Source of the DNA: Perkinsus chesapeaki ATCC PRA-425
Taxonomy: Eukaryota > Protista > Perkinsozoa
Assembly: GCA_013115145.1 (NCBI GenBank)
Contig: JAAPAO010000015.1
Span: 1 to 64,000 of the forward strand
Direction of reading: 5' to 3'
Length of the DNA: 64,000 bases
Below the pieces are notes generated by a model that worked only from the letters and a program-made list of their open reading frames with translations, ran no database searches and was not told the origin of the DNA. This document shows positions 1 through 10,823 of this stretch, piece by piece. Position numbers and translations under genes: made by a program. Each line of letters opens with the position of its first letter. Position 1 is the stretch's first letter.

Positions 1-689
1 ATTTCAACACTCTCAGCTTATCAGATACATCTGTATCAATACCACGCAAAAATTGGTTACGAGCGAGTGCATCAGCAACCTCAGGTACCACAGAGCTTCC
101 ACCAACCATGAGCATACGTTGCGATAGTTGCTTGAGATCATAACTGAAGTCAAGAAAAGATTCGTCATTATTCATTACTCTAGCGTTGAAGGCCTCAAAA
201 GGGTCTTGCGTCAAAAGGCTATGAATAAGTGATGCTTTAACTTTGGCAAGATCAGTACGGTCACGTTCAGGAATACTGTCATAAGCGACTTGAACTTTAT
301 CCTCCAGAAACAGGGGAACATACTGATACGCCTTCTCACCCCAGCCGTAGAATTTGGCGATCGTCTCGAACTTCTTGAACCACCCTTCAATCTTTGCAAT
401 AGTCAATCTTTCCCCCGACAGTGGGGCTGGCGAAACCTTCAGCTGCATACTACTAGTAGAATCACTCATAGCGTGTCGTTTAAAGTGAATGCCGTTAACA
501 AGATATAACTAGGGGCACCGCTTTAGAAAACAAGGAGCTGCTACCAAGTTATAGGCCCAGTAGATATAATAAACCAAACAGATGGATTATAGAAGGATCC
601 AATTGATTATATTAACCAATAGAAGTATGCAGCATTAGCTAGGCTTAAACATCATATATAACACAATGGAGACAAGCTTTGTGTCAGAC

Positions 690-1310
690 TTATCCTACAA
701 GAATAAGCCTCGCTACAGCTGCATAAGCATCAACACGTCCGAATGGGAGAGTAACTTTTCCAGTCACATCCTTGAGGCCCTTCTTGGCGGTATCCTTGAG
801 AATGTTCTTCACGTCACGAGAAGACAGACCGGGTGCAATACTGTAGAGTATCGCAGCAACACCAGCGATAATCGACGCCGCTGCCGATGTTCCTCCGAAT
901 TCCGGATACGTTTTATCCCTGCCCGTAGTAACGATGTCAACGCCTGGTGCAGCGATGTCAACATAGTCAGCGAAACTCGATAGCTCGGACAACCTCATCC
1001 TCACCTGCTCGGTTGCCGCGACACATAGCATTCCATTAAGTTCTGTAGTCAGAGCACAAGGGAACCTTTCGTTGATGGTAGTGTTACTTCCTGTATTCCC
1101 AGCAATAACTATCATAAGTATGCCCGTCTTGTCAGCTTCCCTGAGCTTTTCAATAAACAACGGCCTCTCTAGCTCGGTTGAGAAAGGCATGATCAGCATT
1201 TTGATGCCTTTTCCTTTCTGGTCGCGGATGGAGTAGTCGATCGCGAGAGACTCCATCTGCTCCGTGAAATATTTACCAACAGAAATGGGCTAAATATTTA
1301 CAAGGTCCAA
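690..1310 (-). pseudogene. 5'-truncated subtilisin (S8) copy A
   Basis: C-terminal half only (AGN oxyanion motif, DIAAPG, GTSAAAS). The paralogous ATG codon in 'SIMPISVG' is an in-frame TAG at 1290-1292. Homology stops at ~1310, so the catalytic Asp and His are missing. Confidence 0.85.
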
Positions 1311-1390
1311 TGTCATAATCCGCGAAATTGATTTCCATATCCGACCCCTACCCCGAAAATGATCCTCCTTATTCGCAAAAAAGATTCACT

Positions 1391-1440
1391 CGCGAAATTG
1401 GTAGCCTTATGCGCGAAATTGGTAACCTTAAGCGCGAAGT
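1391..1440. repeat. 21-bp tandem repeat CGCGAAATTGGTARCCTTAWG (2.4 copies, plus an isolated CGCGAAATTG at 1321)
   Basis: Read directly from the sequence; lies next to the truncation breakpoint of subtilisin A. Confidence 0.75.
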
Positions 1441-1519
1441 AGATTTCTGAGAGGTATACAATAGTTCTTGCGTTTTCACTCCCATGTGTTGCACATCTTT
1501 GGGCCGCTGCGGGTACTCT

Positions 1520-1690
1520 TCGTGCCACTTGGCCCAAGTCCCTATGTCGAAGACTCAGGACAATTCTCAGTTGTTCCACTGCAGATACTTGAGACTCTCA
1601 ACTCAGAAAGAACTCTGTCGAACAGAAACTGTAGTCATCCCGCGGTTCCATCGGCGAGTGAAAATCCTCAAAAGTGTAGAAACAGTGGCC
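1520..1690. repeat. Diverged duplicate segment shared with ~12380-12530
   Basis: Shared blocks such as CCACTTGGC, ACTGCAGA and CGCGGTWCCATCGGMGAGTGARAATCC in the same order; both copies lie upstream of a minus-strand subtilisin. Confidence 0.6.
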
Positions 1691-1984
1691 GCAAAGAAGT
1701 GAAACACACAAAGCGTAAACTATACATCGTTGCGTCTGCTGTCATAATACCATTTCCATCATGGAAGTTCCATATCACGCTTAAACCCCTATTGGTTGTC
1801 ATCAAATGGTAACTGTTAAAACCGCTCTACATTAAATGTAGTACATTTCATGCCATGAATTCTGACACAACGTACCCCGAGTCGGGGTCCCCGACAGCAT
1901 TAAGCAAGTCTGTAAAACTTCAACTTGGCGTCACCGAGGTACATATTGTTTCGTTTGTTTTGTTCTCGCCTCGGATAGTTAGTA

Positions 1985-2301
1985 TAAGCCTGAGATCAAC
2001 GATAATAACCAGTTATTAAAGAGAGCGTCAACGCATGCTCCATAGGGCTACTGGACACGCAACAGACCAACTATAAAAAACGAATGGTAATCATTCGTTG
2101 GTTCTAGATAAGCCTCTACGAAGTCAACTATGTTAACATGCCCCTGAGTTATGGGTCATGGTTCATTGACTTGTGGAAATAATAGCGCTATTAACTGCAA
2201 TATGAATGACCGATGATCTTCATCAGAGCATACATACTGCTACGGTGCTGACTAAGCAGTATACAGTATAAGCGTATATCATAGGTCACTTATGATAGGT
2301 G
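1985..2301. repeat. Duplicated 3' flank of subtilisin B (near-identical to 4318-4633), containing a relic of the ARFRP1 5' end
   Basis: About 315 bp are nearly identical between the two copies. The block AACCAGTTATTAAAGAGA...ATGCTC...AGGGYTACTGGACA...TATAAAAAA also matches 17062-17140. Confidence 0.85.
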
Positions 2302-3297
2302 TTATGGGATTAGCTTTGCCACAGCCGCATCAGCATCAACACGCCCGAACGGGAGACTAATCTTTCCAGTCACATCCTTAAGGCCCTTCTTGGCGGTATC
2401 CTTGAGAATTTTCTTCACGTCACGAGAAGACAGATCGGGTGCAATACTGTAGAGCATCGCAGCAACACCAGCGACAATTGACGCCGCTGGACACGTCCCT
2501 TGGGTACCTGTATACAGGTTATCCCCTTCGGTAGTGACAATCTTATACCCTGGTGCAGCGATGTCAACATAGTTAGCGAAACTCGAGAGCTCGGACAACC
2601 TCATCTTCACCTGTTCGGTTGCAGCGACACATAGCATTCCATTAAGTTCTGTAGTCAGAGCACAAGGGAACCTTTTTTTGATGGTAGTGTTACTTCCCCT
2701 GTTACCAGCAGTAACTATCATGAGTAAACCCGCCTTGTCAGCTTCCCTGAGCTTTCTAATAAACGAAGGCCTCTCTACTTCGCCTGAGAACGGCATGATT
2801 AGTATTTTGATACCTTTTCCTTCCTTGTTGCGGATGGCGTAGTCGACAGCTAGAGACTCAGTCTGTTCCGTGAAGTCTCTACCAACAGAGATGGGCATAA
2901 TGCTTACGAGGTCCATAACACCGGCTAAACCAATAGAGTTGTTGATCGTGGCACCAAGGATACCAGCCATAGCGGTCCCATGCCCAATTTCGTCGTCAGT
3001 ATCACTGTTGCGCTTCACCACATCGTAGCCCTCGACAAGGTTACCAACTAGATCGGGGTGGTCCTTTTTCACCCCAGTGTCTACGAGTGCCACAATAACT
3101 CTGTGCCTCTCCACTCTGGTTGATGCAAGACGCTTCCAAGCTCCCGGAAGGTTGATGGCTTCCATGTATGGTTCCTGATACAAGTAGAGAGGGTCGTTCA
3201 CAGGAAGGGAATTACCAGCATAAGATAGACCTTCAGCGATCCTCATAGCCATTGCCGCTGTAAATAAGAAGGAGTATTTGTGGAACCTTTTCACCAT
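2302..3297 (-). CDS. Subtilisin-like S8 protein B with Cys nucleophile (GTCPAAS), no evident prodomain
   Basis: Intact 331-aa intronless ORF with VNDP, VDTG (Asp), GHGT (His), AGN (oxyanion Asn) and DIAAPG; the nucleophile codon at 2492-2494 is TGT. Confidence 0.92.
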   Translation of the reverse strand: MVKRFHKYSFLFTAAMAMRIAEGLSYAGNSLPVNDPLYLYQEPYMEAINLPGAWKRLASTRVERHRVIVALVDTGVKKDHPDLVGNLVEGYDVVKRNSDTDDEIGHGTAMAGILGATINNSIGLAGVMDLVSIMPISVGRDFTEQTESLAVDYAIRNKEGKGIKILIMPFSGEVERPSFIRKLREADKAGLLMIVTAGNRGSNTTIKKRFPCALTTELNGMLCVAATEQVKMRLSELSSFANYVDIAAPGYKIVTTEGDNLYTGTQGTCPAASIVAGVAAMLYSIAPDLSSRDVKKILKDTAKKGLKDVTGKISLPFGRVDADAAVAKLIP

Positions 3298-4317
3298 ATA
3301 CCAAAAGAAAGAGCCTTGAAATTTTCAAGTTGAAAATAGAACACCATTCTACGGTATGCCCACAAACTTGTAGGGTCATGACTCGCGGCTCACAAGGTTT
3401 TCTTCGAAGGAGCCCTCCAATAACCCTGGCTCCCGAACGGCTATGCTCGCTCTTGAGTTCTCGGCTTCACACGAATGGACTGTTGATGAGATGTCAAGTT
3501 AAGAAGTCAACTCGGTAAAGTTGAAAGATTTTCACGAGCCGTAATCGCACTTGAAAATGCTAAAATGCCACCGAAAACTGACCTGACTTCTGGTGCAGAC
3601 TTTGCGCGTGTCTCTACTGTAGCAGTAGTATACTCTTGTGCGTTGGATGAACGGTGAGAGAGACTAGGGAACTGTGATTCGACGATTAAGGGGATGTTCC
3701 GCTTTGTCGAGCTTAATCCTAACGAGGCCCAAGGAGGGAACTTTGCACGCTGGTGATCAAGGATGAAAACTTCTTCAGAAATCTTCGGTATCTTGCACAG
3801 CGCTCGGCAGACACTGCCGGAATTGTACAGGAGGCTCTCCTGAATTCCTGTTCTCTTGGGAAGAGCCGGAGGTCGGAAGTTTCACATGACAGTAAAAGCT
3901 AACAAGGATGATGAAGAAGAGCAATTGAATCGACGAATGAGTTTTTGTTGTATGAGCTTTGCTGTCGGGGACTGACTCAACCGCCGTTCTCCAACGAGGC
4001 GTAAGTTCAACCCACTTTGTACAGTTCGAGCTTCAATCATCTGCCTTGAAATCAGGCGGCGTCGCGCTCCTATTCCAGAGATTATATCGGTAATGTTTTG
4101 TCGGAAAAATGTTCTGAGCCTTTGTCATAGAATTCAACTGGCAAGCTACTGTGAAATCGATGTCGAACCTAGCAGGGTACTGCTCCACATTTTCTTGCCT
4201 TTCCACTCCCATTGTGTTGACGTCTCTGCGCTACACACGAGAGATGCAATGTTGTCCACCGGTCTATATAAGGACCTCACCGGACCCGACTATGCGGGCA
4301 TTTGGAGCTCATAGTCT

Positions 4318-4633
4318 GAGCCTGAGATCAACGGTAACGACCAGTTATTAAAGAGAGGATCAACGCATGCTCCATAGGGCTACTTGACAACGCAATAGAC
4401 CAACTATAAAAAACGAGTGTAATCATTCCTTGGATCTAGATAACCCTCTACGAAGTCAACTATGTTAACATGCCCCTGAGTTATGGGTCATGGGTCATTG
4501 ACTTGTGGAAATAATAGCGCTATTAACTGCAATATGAATGACCGATGATCTTCATCAGAGCATACATACTGCTACGGTGCTGACTAACCAGTATACAGTA
4601 TAAGCGTATATCATAGGTCACTTATGATAGGTG
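4318..4633. repeat. Duplicated 3' flank of subtilisin C (copy of 1985-2301)
   Basis: Direct sequence comparison. Confidence 0.85.
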
Positions 4634-5662
4634 TTATGGGATTAGCTTTGCCACAGCCGCATCAGCATCAACACGCCCGAACGGGAGACTAATCTTTCCA
4701 GTCACATCCTTGAGGCCCTTCTTGGTGGTATCCTTGAGAATTTTCTTCACGTCACGAGAAGACAGATCGGGTGCAATACTGTAGAGCATCGCAGCAACAC
4801 CAGCGATAATTGACGCCGCTGAACATGTTCCTCTAACTTCCGTATACATGTAATCCCTATCCGTAGTAACGATGTCAACGCCTGGTGCAGCGATGTCAAC
4901 ATAGTTAGCGTAACTCGAGAGCTCGGACAACCTCATCTTCACCTGCTCGGTTGCAGCGACACATATCATTCCATTAAGCTCTGTAGTCAGAGCACAAGGG
5001 AACTTTTTGTTGATGGTAGTGTTACTTCCTCTGTTACCAGCAGTAACAATCATAAGTATACCCGCCTTGTCAGCTTCTCTAAGCTTCTTGATAAACAACG
5101 GCCTCTCTAGCTCGGTTGAGAAAGGCATGATCAGCATTTTGATACCTTTTCCTTTCTGGTTGCGGATGGAGTAGTCGACAGCGAGATACTCGGTCAACTC
5201 CGTGAATTCTCTACCAACAGAAATGGGCATAATGCTTACGAGGTCCATAACACCGGCTAAACCAATAGAATTGTTGATCTTGGCACCAAGGATACCAGCC
5301 ATAGAGGTACCATGCCCAGTCTGATCATCAGTACTACTATTGCGCATGACCACATTGTAACCCTCGACAACGTTACCAACTAGATCGGGGTGGTCCTTCT
5401 TCACCCCTGAGTCTACGAGTGCTAAAGTAACTTTGTGTCTATCCACTCTGGTTGAAGTCAGACGTCTCCATGCTCCTGGAACTCGGATTGCTTTCATATA
5501 TGGTGCCTGATGCAAGTAGAGAGGGTCGTTCACATTACCAGCAGAAAACAGGGTTTCGTCGTTGGGCTTACTAGCCTTTGCCGCCATCATTAAGAAGGAG
5601 AGTTTGTGAAGCCTCTTCAACAGACACCAAGAGGGAGCTGAGGTTTGAGCACAATGCACCAT
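4634..5662 (-). CDS. Subtilisin-like S8 protein C with Cys nucleophile (GTCSAAS); start codon uncertain
   Basis: Intact ORF with VDSG, GHGT, AGN and DIAAPG; the nucleophile codon at 4823-4825 is TGT. The ATG used by copies B and E is CTG here; ATGs exist upstream (5662) and downstream (LMMAAK). Confidence 0.88.
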   Translation of the reverse strand: MVHCAQTSAPSWCLLKRLHKLSFLMMAAKASKPNDETLFSAGNVNDPLYLHQAPYMKAIRVPGAWRRLTSTRVDRHKVTLALVDSGVKKDHPDLVGNVVEGYNVVMRNSSTDDQTGHGTSMAGILGAKINNSIGLAGVMDLVSIMPISVGREFTELTEYLAVDYSIRNQKGKGIKMLIMPFSTELERPLFIKKLREADKAGILMIVTAGNRGSNTTINKKFPCALTTELNGMICVAATEQVKMRLSELSSYANYVDIAAPGVDIVTTDRDYMYTEVRGTCSAASIIAGVAAMLYSIAPDLSSRDVKKILKDTTKKGLKDVTGKISLPFGRVDADAAVAKLIP

Positions 5663-6699
5663 TTGACAGTATGTTTCGGAACCTATAGAGCTGCGAGGAC
5701 GACCTTCCAAGGCGCCATCCAGCAGCCCCGGCGACCGAACTGCGAGACTCGTTATTGAGTTTTTAGCGTGTTACGAATTGACAGCGGTCAGTCGACAAGT
5801 TGGCAAATAAACAATTCGTGCCACTTAACTTAGCCGAGCTACTGCCACGTGCTGTAATGACCGAAAATACGCTCAACGATCCGTAAATACCATCCCAAAC
5901 TGATACGAATCCTGGCGCAACCTTTGTGCGGGTCTCTAGCAGGAGCAGATTACTGTACTCTTGGACGTACGGTGAGGGATACCAGACTGAGGTTATTTGC
6001 TCCAACTTATCTTTGTCACCTTCTCTGTGCCATCTTAGGCAATGCCTAATAGGCATCTTCGGCCTGTCTCGGCCTAGTAAGCGTCTCTGCCAGAAATTCT
6101 TTTCTGTTCCCTCTAGTACTTGTAGTTGATAGGGAGAGGATCTGCCAGAATACACAAACCGTAGCGGGAAGAATATATCGGCACGCGAAAATCCCAAGGA
6201 GCGTATTAGTAAAGTACCTCTGGAAGGCATGTCAGGCGTGAACGGCCATATCTGGTCTCATCGCACCACCGCCGCACCGTACTCTGACTCCCACCCGACA
6301 GGAATTCGGCGACCGAAACTGTCACCAGGGCAAATCCAGCAGGAACCAGAAATTTGGTACATACCAATAAGCATCGAAGTGATACAACGACTTGATAGTA
6401 GTGAGGCGTCCGAAAAGTGTTTACGAAGTCTAATAGCGTCGAACTGCAACGTCTGCATCTCCTTCTGCCATAAACTTCCCGTGTTAAATTGTGGTGCGTG
6501 CGGAGTACGCACTGCGTACTCCTGGCCCCGGTGACCAAGGCGATGCGAGCTCGATAGGAAAGAACCATATATGGTGAAGGTCGGGCAAATTCGTCATTCC
6601 CAGTGACATATTGTAAGAGATAGGAGCTCATTCTGTAGACTACTTTCGTCTGATGGGGCTCTTTCCGCGGCCCAATTGTAGGCACCTATCACTCTTCGC

Positions 6700-8048
6700 A
6701 TGACCTACCCCACATCGGTCGCTCTATTGCTCAACCTGCTATCACTGACCGGTGCTCTCCAGAACCGTATTATAATAGCGGCTACGCAGGACAGCATAAC
6801 CTTGGATGCGCGTAAGGTGCCTCTTATGATGGCTGATGCCGGCGCGAGAACTGTATCAAGCCGTGAAGACCTCTTATGTGAGGAATGCTTATTGAACTCA
6901 GACATGGTTGAAGACCTCGCGGCCATCGGAATACAAATTGTGGATCCGAGTTGTGGGGCAACAGTTACCGAAGTGCAAAGCTACCTCAAGAAGGCCGAAG
7001 CCGTGCTAAACATTGTAGTTAAATGTGATCCAGATCTGGAGTTCTATGTCGAGCCACTACCTACGGAATTTTCAGGTCGAGGACAACAATCTGAATGTAC
7101 TGGAGGCAACCCTAGACTTGGTACGAATGGCCCAGGGTCCTCTTGTCAACAAAGCTTGGAGATTATACGCGTCGGTCCCGCATGGCAAAAGTTGAAGCAG
7201 GCCAACAAAACGGTTGAAGTTGTGCTGGCCCTTCTTGATGGTGGAGTGGACACAAAACATCCCGACCTTATTAATCAGTTCTGGAAGAATCCGAAGGATG
7301 GTTCCATCGGTTATAATTTTGCCTCCAACACTACGTACATAACCGATTTCAACGGGCATGGTACCCACTGTGCGGGAATAGCCGGGGCTCAGATCAATAA
7401 CAGTCTTGGAGTCGCTGGTGCAGCTGATAATATCAAACTAATGATATTACAGATTGTAGATGGTGATTACCCTGGGATGATACATGGAACCATAGGCGAT
7501 ATAATACGAGCACTAAATTTTGCTGTCGAACATGGTGCGGCAGTTTCCTTGAGCTCGTATGCTTTCCACAAGAAAGCTGATACGCTTAAGCAGGCCATTG
7601 TAAACGCAGCCAGTAAAGGGCATGTTTATGTTACGGCAGCGGGAAACGCTGGTTCTTCTGTAGACAAGGTGCCGGTCTACCCTTGTGTTTATGCTCCTGA
7701 TATCCCATCTATGCTATGTGCTGCGGCTTCCACTTCGGACAAGGACGCGCCGATTGATGTCGCCTCTTTTTCTAATGTTGGCTCTATGGTCCATATAGCA
7801 GCTCCTGGTGTCCAGATCCTTTCTACGTACTCTACTGGGAGATACTGGCGCCAAAGTGGTGCGTCAATGGCGGCCCCCATATCGCCGCTGTTGCTAGCCT
7901 AGTTGCCTCTCTTGACCTGGAAGGTCAGCAAGTAGCAGACGCTATTATAACGACAAGTAAAAAGATTAACAGTTCTCGTGCCTCGAATTTGGGTGAGTTG
8001 GATGCTCTAGGAGCGGTGTCTGTCGCGCTCTTGCTAGGGGAGAGTTGA
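6700..8048 (+). pseudogene. Canonical prepro-subtilisin D with a -1 frameshift just after the catalytic Ser (or a homopolymer sequencing error)
   Basis: Signal peptide, ~140-aa pro-region, LDGG, HGTHCAG, AGN and GASMAAP. A run of 5 C at 7874-7878 needs 6; restoring one C gives HIAAVASLVASLD...GELDALGAV...ES* ending at 8048. Confidence 0.85.
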
Positions 8049-9052
8049 GCGTATCGACACGCTACAGGGGGCGGATTGCGAGGCATTTGGGCGTTTTGTT
8101 GACAACCTTTTTAATTGTGTTGTCCAGTCTTTGAGATATAATTGTTAAATGCTGGTCTACCGCTAGGCACTATCACTGCTGCGGCAACCTTGAGTGATCT
8201 GCCGTCTGGATAGCTATTTTATATTCACATTGTGAATTTCACAAGCTGAGTCTTTGTAACTATGTGTCACTTCATAGTGAGATGCCCATAACACCAGCCT
8301 ATATTGATTTCTGTCAGTAAGAACAAGTCTTAAATTATATCTCTAGAATATGTCGAGTAATCCAAGTTTATCAAAATGTGCGCTCAAAACTCAAGTCCGT
8401 TTATCAATGATATATTATGATGAATTATCATCGTACGCGCAACGTGTCTGGAAGGCTAATAGTCGCACCGAGTTAAAGCGTGTGTAAAGAGCGGATCGAA
8501 GAACCACATTCCTACTTCCTACTGATGCTGCTTCGGTGGTACTGTGCCATATAAAGGCCAGCTCTGCGCTGGCTCTGTTCTATTGTACACCCGACGCAAG
8601 AGTAGATCAATGGCTACAATCACTGCTGTCATTCACAGACACGTCTCTAGAGAGGGATCTCGTTCGGTTTGGAAACACGCCTATTGTAATTCGAGTATAT
8701 CTCGAAGTGTACGAACAATGTAGCCTCCATCGCAATGCAGGCTTCGACGAAGACGAAGCCGCTTCGTCGGATGCAATGTAGGGAGCTACGAACGGTTAAC
8801 GTACCACACTAGGCCACCATAACAGCGCCACCCTACTGTATGTGGTAAGGTCGACATAGCACTCTGTAGTAGCGATCAGCACATTGCGTAGTCAGCGACT
8901 ATTTTTAGTAATAGTAAAGATATGCTACATGTATATAATAATACATGTCAATATGTAGGATGTTATGTATATGCTAATATAGTAAATAACTATTATGTCG
9001 TTCACCATGCGGCGCTACTATGCGATATGTCTTCGCGGGGAGTACGCCACTC

Positions 9053-9943
9053 AACAACACAACAGTACTGGTGGAGGGGCAATGTCGATTAGTCTGGTGT
9101 GTGCTTCGATCGGGGCTCTTCATCCGAGGTGACAAAATTACGAAAGGACTAAATTGGCAATTCTTGTATCATAAAAAGCAGATTGGTACTTACTGTACGA
9201 ACAGTAGAGAATAAAGGCTTAAACCACGATAGGCCAGTGAAGACAGATATTAGGAGGACAGTAGGAGGATAATAGTAGGCGTAGGTGTAGGCATTATAGG
9301 GATCCCCTTCGATCGTATAAAATGCTGAAAGGGTAAATATAGGATAGCGAAGGCGATGTTGCTGCTGCTGGTTACCTTCATGAAATCCTACGCATTGGAA
9401 ACCGAGCTTCTCGTATATCCTAGTAGCAGGTTTTATTATAGTCGATGACGTGAAGGAACATCGCCCCACAATCAGGGTGGTTTACTACCTCACTAGCTGG
9501 TAACGCGTTCGGCAAGTCGGTTTTGTTACACAGGAGCGCGAGCGGCTTCCCAGCTAACCTCCGATCAGATAGCACCTGTGGCACCGGTTATCCTCTCCAT
9601 AAAGGCGCACTATTGCCTGATTCAAAGCTGTTCTGACATCGGCACGCAGCCTTTCCCCATCTGACGAGTCAACCACGAGAACTATGCCGTTGCATTCCTG
9701 ATTGCAATATAGTATCCATCTCATCTCAATGGCTCTAACCTCGTAATAGCTGCTCCGTCCATGGTTATTCGACCTACTAAGCCAGAGCCCACTACTTTCT
9801 GACACCTCTAGCTGCCCCTCACCGTTGAGCTCGACACTCGGTGGTATCCTAATGGGATAACCCTATCTGTATCCATTCCCTGTCCTGATAATTTCGCTTC
9901 AATTGCTCCAACATCTTCGTCTTTCCTATATCCTCTAACAGCT
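9053..9943 (-). pseudogene. Chimeric duplicate of NAA60 3' half (9053-9479) fused to ARFRP1 middle exons (9481-9943)
   Basis: High similarity to 14736-15160 and 16471-16978. About 1.3 kb between those segments is deleted, and a further ~55-bp deletion removes the ARFRP1 WDVGGQ (G3) motif. Confidence 0.88.
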
Positions 9944-10823
9944 GGCTCTGTGAGAGCGTCTGATCTCCGACAATCTCAGACAATTTGTGGTCTAAGTTTC
10001 CTCTGCGATAACTATCTGTCTTTTCGGAAGACTTCCTTGTATAATGGAGTACAATCCACTTCACTTCTCCTTCTAATGTACTCTTTCATCGGATGTCCGC
10101 AATCAACTATTTGGCGCCTACCGCGGAACTCTAATATTCCTTCGATTCTAACAGTTCCAGGGTAAAATTTGACAGGTCCAATCTCACGAAGTACCGTCAC
10201 TTCGTTTGATCCATATTGTCGCTCGATATACCAGACTGCGGCAAGGTCTTTGTAGGTTGGAAATTCTATCATATGATGCATTCCAACCATGCACTGTAAA
10301 CGCAGCATGTGTGTTCTTAGTGAAAACTTTCAACGCATTACCGCTAAGGTATCCACGGGCACTTACCAAATAGAAATTACATGAGTATCTGGCATTGTGG
10401 CACATGGTGGCCGTCATAGTATGACCGTCATAACTCCTAACGAGCAGACCGCATGTGCGTTTCCGTCAAACGATAGCACATAAAGTGCAAAAGAAAGAAC
10501 TTGGTTCGAGATATCCGTCAGCATGAATACATATCATCACAAATATAAATGTTATAGTAAAACAAGTATCAAATACTTAATATTATGACTTATAATAAGC
10601 TGATACTAATGAATCCAGCATATATTAATCTAATATTCACATATAATTATAGTAATATTCTAGCGAGTCCAACGATATTACTTGAAGTCAAAGCAGAGAT
10701 ATGGAGGATGACTAATGATAACTTTGGGCTAAAGTCTTTAGCCCTATTAGCTCGAATCCAAAAACCTCTGAAGATCCTCACCACGGCCTACCGTTACAGT
10801 ATAGGCTGCTTGTAAACAGTATT

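Noticed and set aside
666-983. Plus-strand ORFs overlapping real genes (also 19114-19482, 26477-27058, 44717-45291, 59155-59523 and many others in the track)
   Set aside because: They are antisense or alternate-frame shadows of genes with recognisable motifs on the other strand or frame.
1873-1895. Overlapping alternative palindromes ACCCCGA-g-TCGGGGT and GTCGGGG-t-CCCCGAC
   Set aside because: Only 7-bp arms, with no supporting context; compatible with chance or local slippage.
5763-6685. Orphan ORFs between subtilisins (also 3600-4310, 8536-8781, 10012-10417, 12096-12571)
   Set aside because: No recognisable motifs, consistent splice pattern or clear start; they may be decayed lineage-specific genes but cannot be supported.
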